A stretch of 63,765 nucleotides of DNA, filler included, from Perkinsus chesapeaki ATCC PRA-425 (Eukaryota > Protista > Perkinsozoa): the NCBI GenBank assembly GCA_013115145.1. It is 5 parts of 5 records of this genome, joined end to end, with 100 filler letters (N's around TTAATTAATTAA, not from the genome) between each part and the next. Parts side by side here need not be neighbours in the genome. Positions count along the whole stretch, not along the records: positions 1 to 21,664 come from JAAPAO010000591.1; positions 21,765 to 30,309 come from JAAPAO010000967.1; 3 more parts are not named here. One strand, 5' to 3'. The notes under the pieces were generated by a model. It did no database searches. It was not told where the DNA came from and saw only the letters and a program-made list of their open reading frames with translations. Shown piece by piece: positions 14,049 to 25,556 of the stretch (the first letter of the stretch is position 1; every line of letters begins with the position of its first letter). Made by a program: the position numbers and the translations under genes.

Positions 14049-14236
14049 AAATTAACAGGAGAGCATTGTCACTCACGCAGCACACTTCCTATACTTATAT
14101 AACTACTGTACCCCTGTATGAGTTATATATGTTAGTATAAAGTTATGATACTAAACTATTACATGTCACTTGAAATTAAACAGGAGAGCATTCTTACAAG
14201 TATAGCACACTTCCTATAACTACCACCCTCCTGTAT
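14049..14236. repeat. Imperfect direct duplication (~65-70 bp, two copies)
   Basis: aaattaacaggagagcatt...agcacacttcctata...ctgtat (14049-14119) recurs as aaattaaacaggagagcatt...agcacacttcctata...ctgtat (14173-14236). Confidence 0.7.
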
Positions 14237-14249
14237 ATTATATACACCT

Positions 14250-16330
14250 CTAAAGCCGCCGCCCTCTCCCCCTCGACCATCTTACCGTCCTTCTATTCCT
14301 TCCTATATAATCCACATTTGCCCCCAACGGTGCTGCTATCGTAACAGATTTCCTCAATGCCTTCCCCCTCGATGGCGCCATCATCACTTTACCAACTTCC
14401 TTATACCGATTGCTCGGCGTAGCCGGGGAGCCAGACAACCGAGCAGCAGCCGCGTCCAGCCGTCGTCTGATTGGGCTCCTCTTCATCCCATTTGAAATCC
14501 TATTATTCCAGTCATCCATAACTTCTTGCGCCGAAGAAGATCCGTTCAAGTTCAATCGCACCTGAAATTTTCTTAACAATTTGACTCTATAAATGTATCT
14601 CCTACACATTCCCTTTGCAGCGTTTTAATATCTACAAACCCTCCGCTCTGGGATGGTATACTCATGATCGTCGTCTCATTAAACATTTTATATCTTCGAT
14701 TAAGTTGAACCTACCGCACTACTAACCACCCGTGCCTCACGAACCCACTACTTTAGCAAGCACACGCATTTTAGGATTGCCCAAACGATCTATTTCCTTC
14801 TCTGAAACCTGAAAACATGAGTTGCTGCCAAAAATGGACAAGGAAGCAGCTTCAAAGGATTTAATACAGGAATAGTGATCTCCCTCCGTACTACTGGGCC
14901 GCAGAATGAGAGCGAAAATGCTTATAACTTCAGAGCCCTCCCGAATCAAAAACTTCGGGGGTTTTTATAATATAAAAAATCATCAAAAGTTATTAATAAT
15001 TTCCTTACAATCAACTGCCTTTCCATGACTTTTTACATCTCCCGAATACGTATACATTTTCCCCAAACTTCTAGGATATCCTCCACCCTAATCCCTACAG
15101 TTCTCCCCATCACTGTGACCGTCCTGCCCATATCAATCTCAAAATCGCTGCTACTTCGCCGCCTTTGAATCCTCTTAGGCTTTCGACGACGCTTCGGCGG
15201 TGATACCACCGACGAGGAGGATGTCGTCGGACGAGTAGTTGTGTGCAAGTTCGGCATGCCTGTCCCATCGCAGCTTCATCTCGACACTACTGTAGACAAT
15301 AATATTACTTCTACTGATGTTGTCCTCTTCAACGCCAACAGGCTTTCCTTTCTTTATTCGATCTATATCCCTGCCAGCTTGCACGAATCCAACCTATGAA
15401 CGACATCAATGTTAGCGGCGCCCAAGTTGGAGATGTCAAATAACTCAGCATTATGATAAGCTTATTATCGGTCTAGTGAACTCGTCAAATTCGCTCACAG
15501 GCGGAATTTCGTAGTCAAGTCAAGTTCCCATGATGAATTTCATATTCACCTCAGCAGATCATAAATGGACTTAAAATAGGCGTAGCTGACTCTACCAACG
15601 CAAAAACAAGTAAATGCTCAACACTTCGTATTGATTCTCGGTGATGGCGATGAAAATACCAACACCCTCAGCCCCTCGGAAAATCGCCTTTTTCCTGGAA
15701 CACGACAAAGAATAGGCTTCGACATAAGCCTCGTAGAACACTACGAAACCTTCATCACAACACTCCCGAAAAATAATGAAGAAGCTGCACTCCCAATATA
15801 AAATCAATGGAAACCGCAGGACGCAGCAGCATACTAATCTTCATATTATCAAAGTCTATCACGAACGAACGACAAGCTACCCTATATTTCTAGTTCGTCT
15901 CACTCTACTTAGATGAGGAGAAAACCCCCGACAGTAAAGGAACGTCCATGTGTACTAGTAAATAGAACCAACAACAACTCGCACATTTAAAATGCGGAAG
16001 GTTCGCATTCATCACAGCAGAGTCATTGAGGAAGAGCCGGAGATGTTAGAATAGAAAGGAATGCACTCGACCTCCCTCTTTGGTCTATTTCCTATCAAAA
16101 TTTATAATGTATCTCGGCCTAAAGAGCATTCCTAGATCCCCGACGAATGCATTTCTATCAGGCAGCTGCTGGAGGGAGCCCTGGTGCCCTTCATAACCTC
16201 GCAATCCACTTTGATTTCCCGATAGGTCCGCGGTGTGAAGGGTAAACGTTCTCTGCCATATGCCATCCTTGCCGGAGGGACACTCTTGATAGGTGGTAAG
16301 GTTGTCATCAAAAATAATGTACGCGCCAAA
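14250..16330 (-). CDS. Multi-exon hypothetical protein; structure unresolved
   Basis: GC-richer open segments (VSEKEIDRLGNPKMRVLAKVVG; EVMDDWNNRISNGMKRSPIRRRLDAAAARL...) are flanked by splice signals inside AT-rich DNA. No recognisable domain. Confidence 0.35.
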
Positions 16331-16638
16331 AGACGCTGAAACTGCTCAGAGATGTGGGGCTGCTGAAAACGCCATTGTCGAAAATAATAAGTTCGACAAA
16401 AATGCCCTCAGGTTACATAAGTATATTTGTAGTCATTTATTATAATAGTGACATTCGATGCTTAACTTGAAAATAGAACGATTATCGGCAATTTCGGCTG
16501 ATGGGACTGTTCCTCAGCACTTCAACGAAAACAACTATGGCTCAACAGCACACCAATCTTTTTTATTTTCCATTGTTTTGCACCTTCCTGTAACCAACGC
16601 ATTATATCATACTTAATAAGAAACTATTATATTAATAA

Positions 16639-18117
16639 TTACATAAATGGCAAACCCCCACCAAATGGTCCCCTACTGAACCCTCCTCTATTGCCACCGA
16701 AACCCTTGCCCGGTTGGGGTGGCCTACGGAACTGCGGCGGTACTTCATGATCGAAGTCAGGCTCCCCTAAAAATGATAGGAACTGACGGTATGGGAATAT
16801 CGGTCGACTCCCCTCCGCAACTGAGGCTATATAGCTGCGAGGATTCCTCACCCCTCGCCGACACATGCATGAAAAGTGAGCCCAACAATGACAAGTACTA
16901 TCTACTAATAATTCAACCGCACTGAGAATCGTTACTCTTCGGGCAATTAAGGCGCCACGACCATTCTCAGGTTCACGGATGAACCTCTTCTTTGGTTCTA
17001 TTCAGTAACTCGCCCCTCCCCTTTTACTTAGTACCATCAAATCCTGCCGGCCCCATAGGATCCCATCTCGGCTGCAGGCTGCCCGGTCCATTCGGTGGCA
17101 CTCCGCCGGTAAACAGAGGATCCCTTGGACCCACCAAAAGGCCACCAGCACCACCAGCACCAGTTGTTGGATCTCTAATAATGTTAGGTGGACCTCTGGG
17201 CAGGATATGGGGCTGAGGGAAAGTGATATTAAAAACTGGTTAAATATAATATTGGATTAAATATGATGTTATTAGATCATTTGGCAATAGACAATATATA
17301 ATAATATACATTATAATAATTATACTGACACCCACAAAGGTATGTTAAACAGACAGTTGCCGTTCTGCTCTTAACACGTATAAAAGACAAAGATTCTCCG
17401 GCAGAGAGTCTCCGCGTTTAACGTCCTTTTAACCAATGAATAAGTAATTCACGCTGGGGCGTATTATATCAATAATACCAACCCCTATCAGTTCGTTAAA
17501 ATACTACTTTATTATAATATACCCTACCATGAATCAACCGAATCATTATGGATATATCTAACTTCATCATTAAAGGTGTTTCCCATCACACTCTACATCC
17601 CCCAGCTCTGCACTACATTATTATCATCATCCCTATATATTATTTCCTCTCCATTAGCTTCCCTCTCTCCCTCGTCCTTCCTAGTCTCCATCGGCGGCAA
17701 TGGATCCAGCTTTGCCATCATGTCTGCAACTTTCTTTCGTATGCCATCCAACTTATTATTATCCAATCCTTCATCCACCTCCGTTCCGCTAGCAACTTCC
17801 TTATCCTCCCCTTTCACCGATTTGCACGCATGCACACCGATTTTTCCCGACCCAGTCGGCACCATTTTAACACTGATTTCTCTGCCATTCGCACCTAGCC
17901 GAAAGTATCGACTAGAGAACACTTGGATGCCTTCCCGAAGCCATTCCTTCGGCACTATCTTCATAACTATTCCACCAGAGCCGTCCCTATCGATAACAGG
18001 CTCTGCTGGACAGTACCCATTTTCCAGGATACATAAATGAACTGCTATCGCCGTCCGATTGATCTGGGGAATGTCGTCTGGCAACAGACTCAAACTTGGG
18101 GTTATTAAATCACTCAT
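16639..18117 (-). CDS. PSMF1: PI31-type proteasome inhibitor/regulator (PSMF1-like), 3 exons
   Basis: The N-terminal FP-like domain (TAIAVHLCILENGY...PKEW...SSRY) is followed by a Pro/Gly-rich tail with PI31 motifs GGLLVGPRDPLF, PRWDPMGP and GEPDFDHEVPP. The last intron joins D G|EPD in frame. Confidence 0.85.
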
Positions 18118-18295
18118 TAATATCAAATTAAACAAGTTTAACTAAAGCCAATATTATTATTAAAATCAATATTCTCAATTCATAAAACCAATCTTACGAA
18201 AGTGTCGGTATGAACAATGAAAAATATTTATTATAAGCTCAGAGAGTCGTCGAGGGACGCCCAGGATTCGTAATGGAGGGCCATTCCTTTCTACC

Positions 18296-21200
18296 CTAAC
18301 GACGTTTATTAGCATCATTCATCTGGCCACTAGTAAGATATTCCCGGCAAAGCCTTGTCATGAAACTCAACAAGGTGGTGATTCGAAACTGTTCGTCACC
18401 ATCCGCTATCAACACTCCTAAAAAGGTCATCGCATTAATAATGTCACTACTGCTTAGCGATCGGATACCTGATTAAGACAAGGTATTCATTTACAGCGCT
18501 GAAAATTCACCCATTATTACCGGCGCAATAAACGCTATGACGTACATCAGATGATAATAATGCGCCAATTCAAAGGAAAAACAAAAAATATATAAAGTTT
18601 ATAAAAATCGCAGATCAATCTTATCTTATCAAAGATAAAATCGCAGTTTTAGAAATCCCAGCGCCACGCGTAAAGCGAGATGATCATAATTGTTCAAAAG
18701 AGAAAGCTGTATCGATATGACAAGCAATAGACTAGTTAAACAAAGATGAAAAAATAACATTAGTAACAATATTTACCATGTCACTTAACTCCATAAAGTA
18801 ACAGTAATACGACATATGAGTCAAACCATTTTATAAAGTACAGTGGGTAGAATATCCTATCTCCAAAAGAACAGTTCAAAACTAATCCTTAATAACTTTC
18901 ATGAGCATTTCAAAGCTCCTAGAATGATATTGATAACAGTGCGGAGAAAAACCCACTTCAAGATCGTTGAGAGTTTCGGGAAGGGCCGCCCTAAGCATAA
19001 AGATCAGCCCTATATATATCATCACCAATAAAATATCATATAAAAATGAGCTCCCCAAATTTTCCTATTATTACTTCAATCCTTTCCCGGCCATCTGTTC
19101 CGTAACCTTCGATACAACATCCATCTCAGTTGCCGTTTGAGAAGTAGCGTAGATGGCTCTAATTATGTGGCGCGTGACTTTACATTATACTACTAACAAT
19201 ACTACCTTAATTTCTCGTACCAGTCCAAATCCGTCAAAGCAGTTTTCACATTCGCGTCCATCAGATTTCTGGCGTCCAATTTAATACGAATAAATTCATT
19301 CCTGAAAAGACATACTTGTAGACAGTGCACGGTCAACCTAAAGATACCATGGAAGAGCCTGGTACTTGTTCCCTATATACGACGCAGAAGTGTCGCACAT
19401 TTCGGGAATGTCTCTGACTACGTCCAGGGGTACCTGAAAGCGACCTCGAAAAACATCTTTAAAGATGCATTTACCTCGACCTCCCTCCTAGCTGCTCCGA
19501 CTGCAATTCTTTGTACTGCGCGTTTGCCGTATCTACAACGTATCTTAGGTCGAAGCTGGTAATTCGCATAATAGCTTACAAGAAAGATACGGATTGGCAC
19601 GTTTTGGGGATGAAGTTGAGCATCGAGAGGAGGGGAGCAAAAACAACTAGATGAAAATTCTGATGGAAAAACCGTAAAAACACTTAGTACCTAATCAACT
19701 ACTCATATACACAAAATGAGCGGTTTTTATCTAAAATTTCTTAATAAAATAATATTTAAAATATTTCCACGTATTCCTTGCCTCTTCAATATTTATTATT
19801 ATTAAACTGTTATGAAGCACACGGCAAAAATTTATTGCTTCTTCCTTGACCAGATAGATTTTTCAGCAGGCTCAGCAGTATTATTAATATATTAGGAGCA
19901 AACGATAATGATTAATAATACTATATATCCTTTTAGGCAGCCACCGTAAACTTTACGGCGTAAAGTCTATTAAAAACTAAGATTCCCAAAGTCAGGATAG
20001 GATACACCAACTTCAGTGAGCTAGGTAACGGTGCTCTATTGCTAATATAGTTATATATCTCTCAAATGTTAGGACAGATAAAGTGAAATGACTTTATAAT
20101 GAGGAGGAAGGAGATCAATGAAAAGATGATGCCCGAATATTATTGGGCGTGCGCTACTCTCGAAATGCGCGTGACGATAATTTTGTGGCGCGTGAAAGTA
20201 ACCATCATCTTCATTACGTGGATGGGTTGCGTCATTGTTGGTCAAGGATCGAATTTAAACTCCCTTTTTATTTAATATATCGAGAGGGAATAATCGCTGG
20301 ACTTAGGGAGGCTTTGAAGTTGACCTAAAAAATATCTTTGTCAGTTTTTGAAGCTTAAAAAATCCAAAAATATCTTTAATGATTGTCAATGTTATATCAC
20401 CAATAAAGCGTCCACCCGACGCCCCCAGTGACGACTACTCCTCAATAGGGACAGCGACACAACCCAACCAATCTACCACAGTACACAGAGAGCCATCTCC
20501 TGGTAATAATTTGTGGAAGGAGCGGTATGAAATTCTATGGGAAAATATCTATTGAAAATATTAAATTCACACTTACGTATTAGCAAGCTTATTGGCGCGT
20601 GACGCCCGAAATCCTCATACCGGTAAATAAGTAATTATTATAAGATGATCGCCTTACAGTTACATCACATTGTGAATGGTGACGGGCTACTAGTTAGGAA
20701 TAGTACTGAATCTTTACCCTTTTGTCGATCTCGTTCTTACCGTCGAACCCAGACGGGAGCGATTATAGAGTCGGGTGTATCTTGCATAAAATATACTATC
20801 AGTTTGTAATGTAAGATCAACGAAGTCGTTGTCGAAGTAGGAATCTGTTGGAAGTCTATTGTTGAATTTCGCTTGTTTCGAGTATGGTTGGTTTTTATAA
20901 TAATAAACTTTATATTATCATTCGACGTCGACATGTTCTATATATTTTTTAATATTTCATAATATTTTCAGATCCATTGTTGTCATCAAGAGCTCCTATA
21001 GTCATTTGTGGTGGAGGCCTGACCGACCTGGGCGGATTGATTCCTCTTTCTGGCGGCTCCTGCAGTCCAAATCATAATAGCCCTATCACATTATCGGGCG
21101 ATTATTTATCTCCGGGAATGGTAAGGTCATCCAATTAACCTATTATGAATCTTTTCTATCTTAAGATATCTCCGCATTGCCATGGTTTCTCGCAGCCGTC

Positions 21201-21300
21201 GACCTGCAGCAGTTCAGAAGCCTATAAAGGGATTTTGCTATTTTCACCGGACGCGCTGAGAAATGCCAGTCCTAGTAGGAAGGATAAGTAATAAGGGATA
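18296..21300 (-). CDS. Multi-exon hypothetical helical protein with AT-rich introns; 5' end lost toward the repeat/gap
   Basis: Splice-bounded exons include AIYATSQTATEMDVVSKVTEQMAGKGLK, LDARNLMDANVKTALTDLDW and LIFMLRAALPETLNDLE, with a terminal GIRSLSSSDIINAMTFLGVLIADGDEQFRITTLLSFMTRLCREYL...*. Confidence 0.4.
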
Positions 21301-21410
21301 GAGAATGGTGTAGAACTTGTATTAAGGGTTGGAACTTAGACCTTATGATCATTGATGTAAGGTAATATACGATTTATAGAAATATCATTATCGGAATAAT
21401 TTACTATAAA

Positions 21411-21664
21411 ATCTACTGTATAATCTACTGTATAATTTACTGTATAACCTACTGTATAATCTACTGTATAATCTACTGTATAATTTACTGTATAATTTAC
21501 TGTATAATTTACTGTATAATTTACTGTATAATCTACTGTATAATTTACTGTATAATCTACTGTATAATCTACTGTATAATTTACTGTATAATCTACTGTA
21601 TAATCTACTGTATAATTTACTGTATAATTTACTGTATAATTTACTGTATAATTTACTGTATAAT
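21411..21664. repeat. 12-bp minisatellite TACTGTATAAT(C/T), ~21 copies, running into the assembly gap
   Basis: Direct reading of the tandem unit. The array is cut by Ns at 21665. Confidence 0.97.
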
Positions 21665-21764
21665 NNNNNNNNNNNNNNNNNNNNNNNNNNNNNNNNNNNN
21701 NNNNNNNNTTAATTAATTAANNNNNNNNNNNNNNNNNNNNNNNNNNNNNNNNNNNNNNNNNNNN
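21665..21764. other. Assembly spacer (44 N + TTAATTAATTAA + 44 N)
   Basis: An identical 100-bp construct occurs four times; the 12-mer has stop codons in all six frames. Confidence 0.98.
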
Positions 21765-23084
21765 GGCCCCCTACTCCAGCTATAACGATATATAACTGGG
21801 TAAACATATTCCTATGACTGTGTAGAAGTAGTTGGTTTGAGTGACACAAAGCTCTGCACCGTTCAGCAAGTTGATTGACTGTACTTGCGTTTGTGTATAT
21901 CTCTTGTTCTTTAATCTTCTCCGATCCTCCGCGGTGAATTGATATCGGGTATACTATCAAACCACGATTGTCACGATGATAGAACCCTGACACAGCCCGA
22001 GTCCGAGTCGAGAAGACAAACCAAAACATCATGTTCAGAACATGATGTTCTCACTTAGGCTTGATCGTCGTGAATGACGAGCAAGCTAGACTCCAGCTCC
22101 AAGTGTGTGATCTCGACAAATTCGGCTCTCTAGCTGCTAGAGAGGCGAACATGTCAAGATCATATACTGTACGGTAAGTGACTTAGTTACACCACACGGA
22201 GGATGATGGTAATCATTGGGAGCTAATAGCAGAAAAGTCGAACTATTGAAGACTCATGACAGATGCGCTGACTTGCAGGTAGCGAGCCTGAGATTGTGTC
22301 CCTTAACAGGAGCATAATGGAGCTCCTCTCTACACGGAGACGCAACCTCGTTCCAAGGGATTATTAAAGACAATTCTTTCCGAGGGTACAAAATTATCCC
22401 CCGGAGAGATCTGACTGATCGTTGGGAATGAAAGGCAGAAAACTATAGCACAAATGTAGGCATATTGGTAATTCCTTAGAAAAACTAGGAGTTACCGCAA
22501 GTCGAATGCAATCCCATAACTGTCTCATACATTGACAGCGCCACTGTGACACTGGCACTGTCCCGCTCGCTGAATGATGGAAATAAACCGAATGCGATCT
22601 GGAAAAGCATATTGAACATTGCTTAAACTGGTAACTCATCTTAAACTAAGATTACCAAGGCGGTCTTTACATTGTCCTCTCGAGACCCGAACATTCCACG
22701 CGGGGATAATCGTTTGACTACTTGAGCCCCATGCGGACATGGTCCAGGTCACCTGGCCGTTGTCTGGTACGGCAGGAGGGCACATCTTTGCGACACACTG
22801 CGAAGAGATGCTTCTATCTCGGAAAGGCTTCATCCGAATAAACAAAACAAGCTTAGGAGTGACATGCATTGCGATCACTGCATTTCTCTGGACCCACAGA
22901 GCAACAAACATAGGGTCGGGCATAGCGGCACGGAGGCCGGCGCTGATCTTCGAAATCAACGGAAAGCTAAAAGGCTTTGTTGTATTCTTTGAATCATATT
23001 GCAGTTCGACATCACTGCTATGAAGAAGGAAATGTCGACTTCAGGAAACCCGTAGTTTGTCAGCTTCATTCTTCATCAAATAGC

Positions 23085-23309
23085 ATGCCGTCCAACATTC
23101 TTCTCATTTGTATCGCTTCTATGCTGATTAGAACCGCAGCCATTATTTATTGTAACACTCCTAAGCAGTGTAATAAGAGTGTGCCGGTATGTTATGCTGG
23201 CCAATGTACAAAAGTCTGCACTGATTATAGGGACTGCCTCGTCCCGGATCTCGGGAGGACTTACCACTGCTATTGGGTGCCCGATTACAAAAAGAAGCTA
23301 TGCATCTGA
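23085..23309 (+). CDS. Small secreted 8-cysteine peptide, paralogue 1 (74 aa)
   Basis: Hydrophobic signal MPSNILLICIASMLIRTAA is followed by C-x5-C-x6-C-x4-C-x3-C-x5-C-x10-C-x10-C-I*. Intronless, with a conserved paralogue 1.1 kb downstream. Confidence 0.85.
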   Translation: MPSNILLICIASMLIRTAAIIYCNTPKQCNKSVPVCYAGQCTKVCTDYRDCLVPDLGRTYHCYWVPDYKKKLCI

Positions 23310-24172
23310 TTGATATGGCCTTCTGAGGGTTACAAGCCGAGCAAGTAACCAGATCATTCACTATTAGATCTTTCGAATGATCGAAAGCTCCTTGAGCCAA
23401 GCCTTAAAGTTTTGTCGTCCACTTGTAGCTCTAGTCAATAGACTCATTTGTCATGAGATTTCATATCACAAGCTTCGAGTTAAAGGGAGTGCTGGACAAT
23501 GAGTCGAAAAGTCGAGTTAAGGTTTGGCCCTGATGAGGAACTCGTGTAGCCATGGGGGCGGCCATCCTCATGAGGTTTGCTTTGATAAGATTCACAATTG
23601 ATTGTGCATCAGAGTTGATCTCAGATCAATAATCTGAATAGCATTTTCAATCCTGATGGAGCCGTGAACCTGCATAACCAAAAGGTGGGTTTTAGAACCC
23701 GATAGGTTTACAATCCTATACTCGTCGATTTTTCATGTCACCGTGGCTGTCTAACACTGGCTGTCTCTTTTGAGGCAGTACTTCTATCGCCTTAACTCAG
23801 TCAGATGGCATATGAAGACATTACTCAGACTGTGAACACAAAACAGCCTATTGAAACTCAACGCCACATCCTCAGTCCTTCAGAGATCATCATTTGAAGT
23901 CGCCCATCATATTGTTGATATTATGATATGACATTCACGGTGTGTCATCCCCGTGACGCCCGGAGCTGGCGCGAGTGCGTCTTATTGAGCGAGTCAATAA
24001 AAGGCTCCCAGCGCAGAGTTACCGGGCTTCGGTACACTTGTCTTTGCACGTAGTCTGCATCTGCTATGAATAGCCAGGTAGCCATGGGATAATTTACCGA
24101 GTAGTTCTGGGTGGCGAACGGATGCATCATTCAGCTTATCTGCTCCAAACCAACACCGTTTTAGGCAGAAAA

Positions 24173-24400
24173 ATGCTCATCAACCGTCTCTTCGTCGTGG
24201 TTACTACTACGCTTTCTCAGAGCCTCGCCGTCGTTTACTGTGTTAGCGACTGGGACTGTCCAGGAGAAGTGCCGATATGTTACGCTGGGCAGTGTACAAA
24301 GGTTTGCAGCAGCTATGAAGACTGCTATAACGAGCCGGACCTTGGGAGGACTTACCATTGCACTTATGTTGAAGATCTAGAAAAGAAGATATGCATCTGA
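24173..24400 (+). CDS. Small secreted 8-cysteine peptide, paralogue 2 (75 aa)
   Basis: Signal MLINRLFVVVTTTLSQSLA is followed by C-x5-C-x6-C-x4-C-x3-C-x5-C-x11-C-x10-C-I*. Shares CYAGQCTKVC and PDLGRTYHC exactly with paralogue 1. Confidence 0.85.
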   Translation: MLINRLFVVVTTTLSQSLAVVYCVSDWDCPGEVPICYAGQCTKVCSSYEDCYNEPDLGRTYHCTYVEDLEKKICI

Positions 24401-24659
24401 TCTACTTGCCCTTTTGATTCAGAAGTTATGAAGGTCCCAAGCTGGCCGACCTGTTAACCGGCTTTTGGTGACGAGAAATAAGGTTTTCCTTCAAGTACAA
24501 ATCCGGCCACGTATCGTCATCAAGGTCTCATATTCCCAGCCTCGAGTTCGTTACAGGAGTTAGCAGTTGTCCACCCCATCTATCCGGGCGGCATATGCTT
24601 CATGTGTTACGTCATGGAATCGTTGTTCGGGATTCCGGGTAGGCTATCGGAAGAGTGTC

Positions 24660-25241
24660 TTTCTTAGAGGGGCTGAAGCCAAAGCGAATCTTGTATTGTT
24701 CGGTAAAAAAGTGTGAACTACAAACGCGGCTGGGGCACATATTGGATTCGTCTTACCTGGAAAGGACCGCTGTTTTTCAAGCAAGCTGCAGTATTAATAC
24801 TCACCATCTAGGTCACCACGGGGCCTCTAGACCCGCAGAGAGATCTGATACTATCCCAAAGGTCAGCCGGAACCCCTCCGACACACTGCGGCGCGCAGGT
24901 CCCAGGGACTCTCCAATACAGGGGTTTCAGTTTCTTACTACATGAAGTGGGAACTATCGGAAGTTATGTCAGTCGCAGTGCGACTGTCGCATCACTAAGT
25001 TCCTCAGTCTATCTGAGGAATGCCATATCCATCAGGGTGGCTGGAATCCATGGGCCAACCGCAGAAGCTACGAGTGGCTGGAAACGTGGTCACAGGAGAT
25101 TGCATCGCTCATCCACGCGTGCCCAAGTCTGATTTCCCTGGTAAAGATGCTGTTATGTCTGCGGTTCTGGGTGATCCGCAGAGAACTTATCGATTGAAGA
25201 TACCCATTATTAATGATATTTTACCAGTAAAAAGTGAATAA
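24660..25241 (+). CDS. Multi-exon hypothetical gene; start and last exons uncertain
   Basis: Four consecutive GT-AG-bounded exons join in frame: GAEAKANLVLFG|PLFFKQAA|VTTGPLDPQRDLILSQR|SQGLSNTGVSVSYYM. Confidence 0.4.
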
Positions 25242-25556
25242 TTAAATCTGTTTTTTCGCAACCCTTTCTATTCCTAATCTTGCAGGCTCAAGCAAGGTCC
25301 TTGTGTAGATCATCTTCAATTCAAGTGAAATAATAAATATATCGCCAACTCCCAGTATAGTGCAGTCCCCAGGTCCCCATTTATTCATCTTCACGATCGA
25401 TTCAATCAAGCCCTTCCGTGCTTGCTTGAGTAAATTTGTTTTATGAGATTACGGTTAGCTCACTGCGTGCGGCGTTACTAGCAAACTCTGACGTGTGATA
25501 GCTAAACACAAAACCCAATCCCAGAAGAACTTAAACTAACGGCGCATGACGATAAG

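Noticed and set aside
5630-20605. Recurrent GGCGCGTGA(C) motif (5635, 6770 reverse, 19169, 20187, 20594)
   Set aside because: Occurrences fall in exons, introns and the retroelement alike, with no consistent position relative to starts; I cannot distinguish it from chance without counts.
21709-21720. TTAATTAATTAA palindrome repeated four times in the window
   Set aside because: It is always centred in exactly 44+44 Ns, so it is an artificial scaffolding linker.
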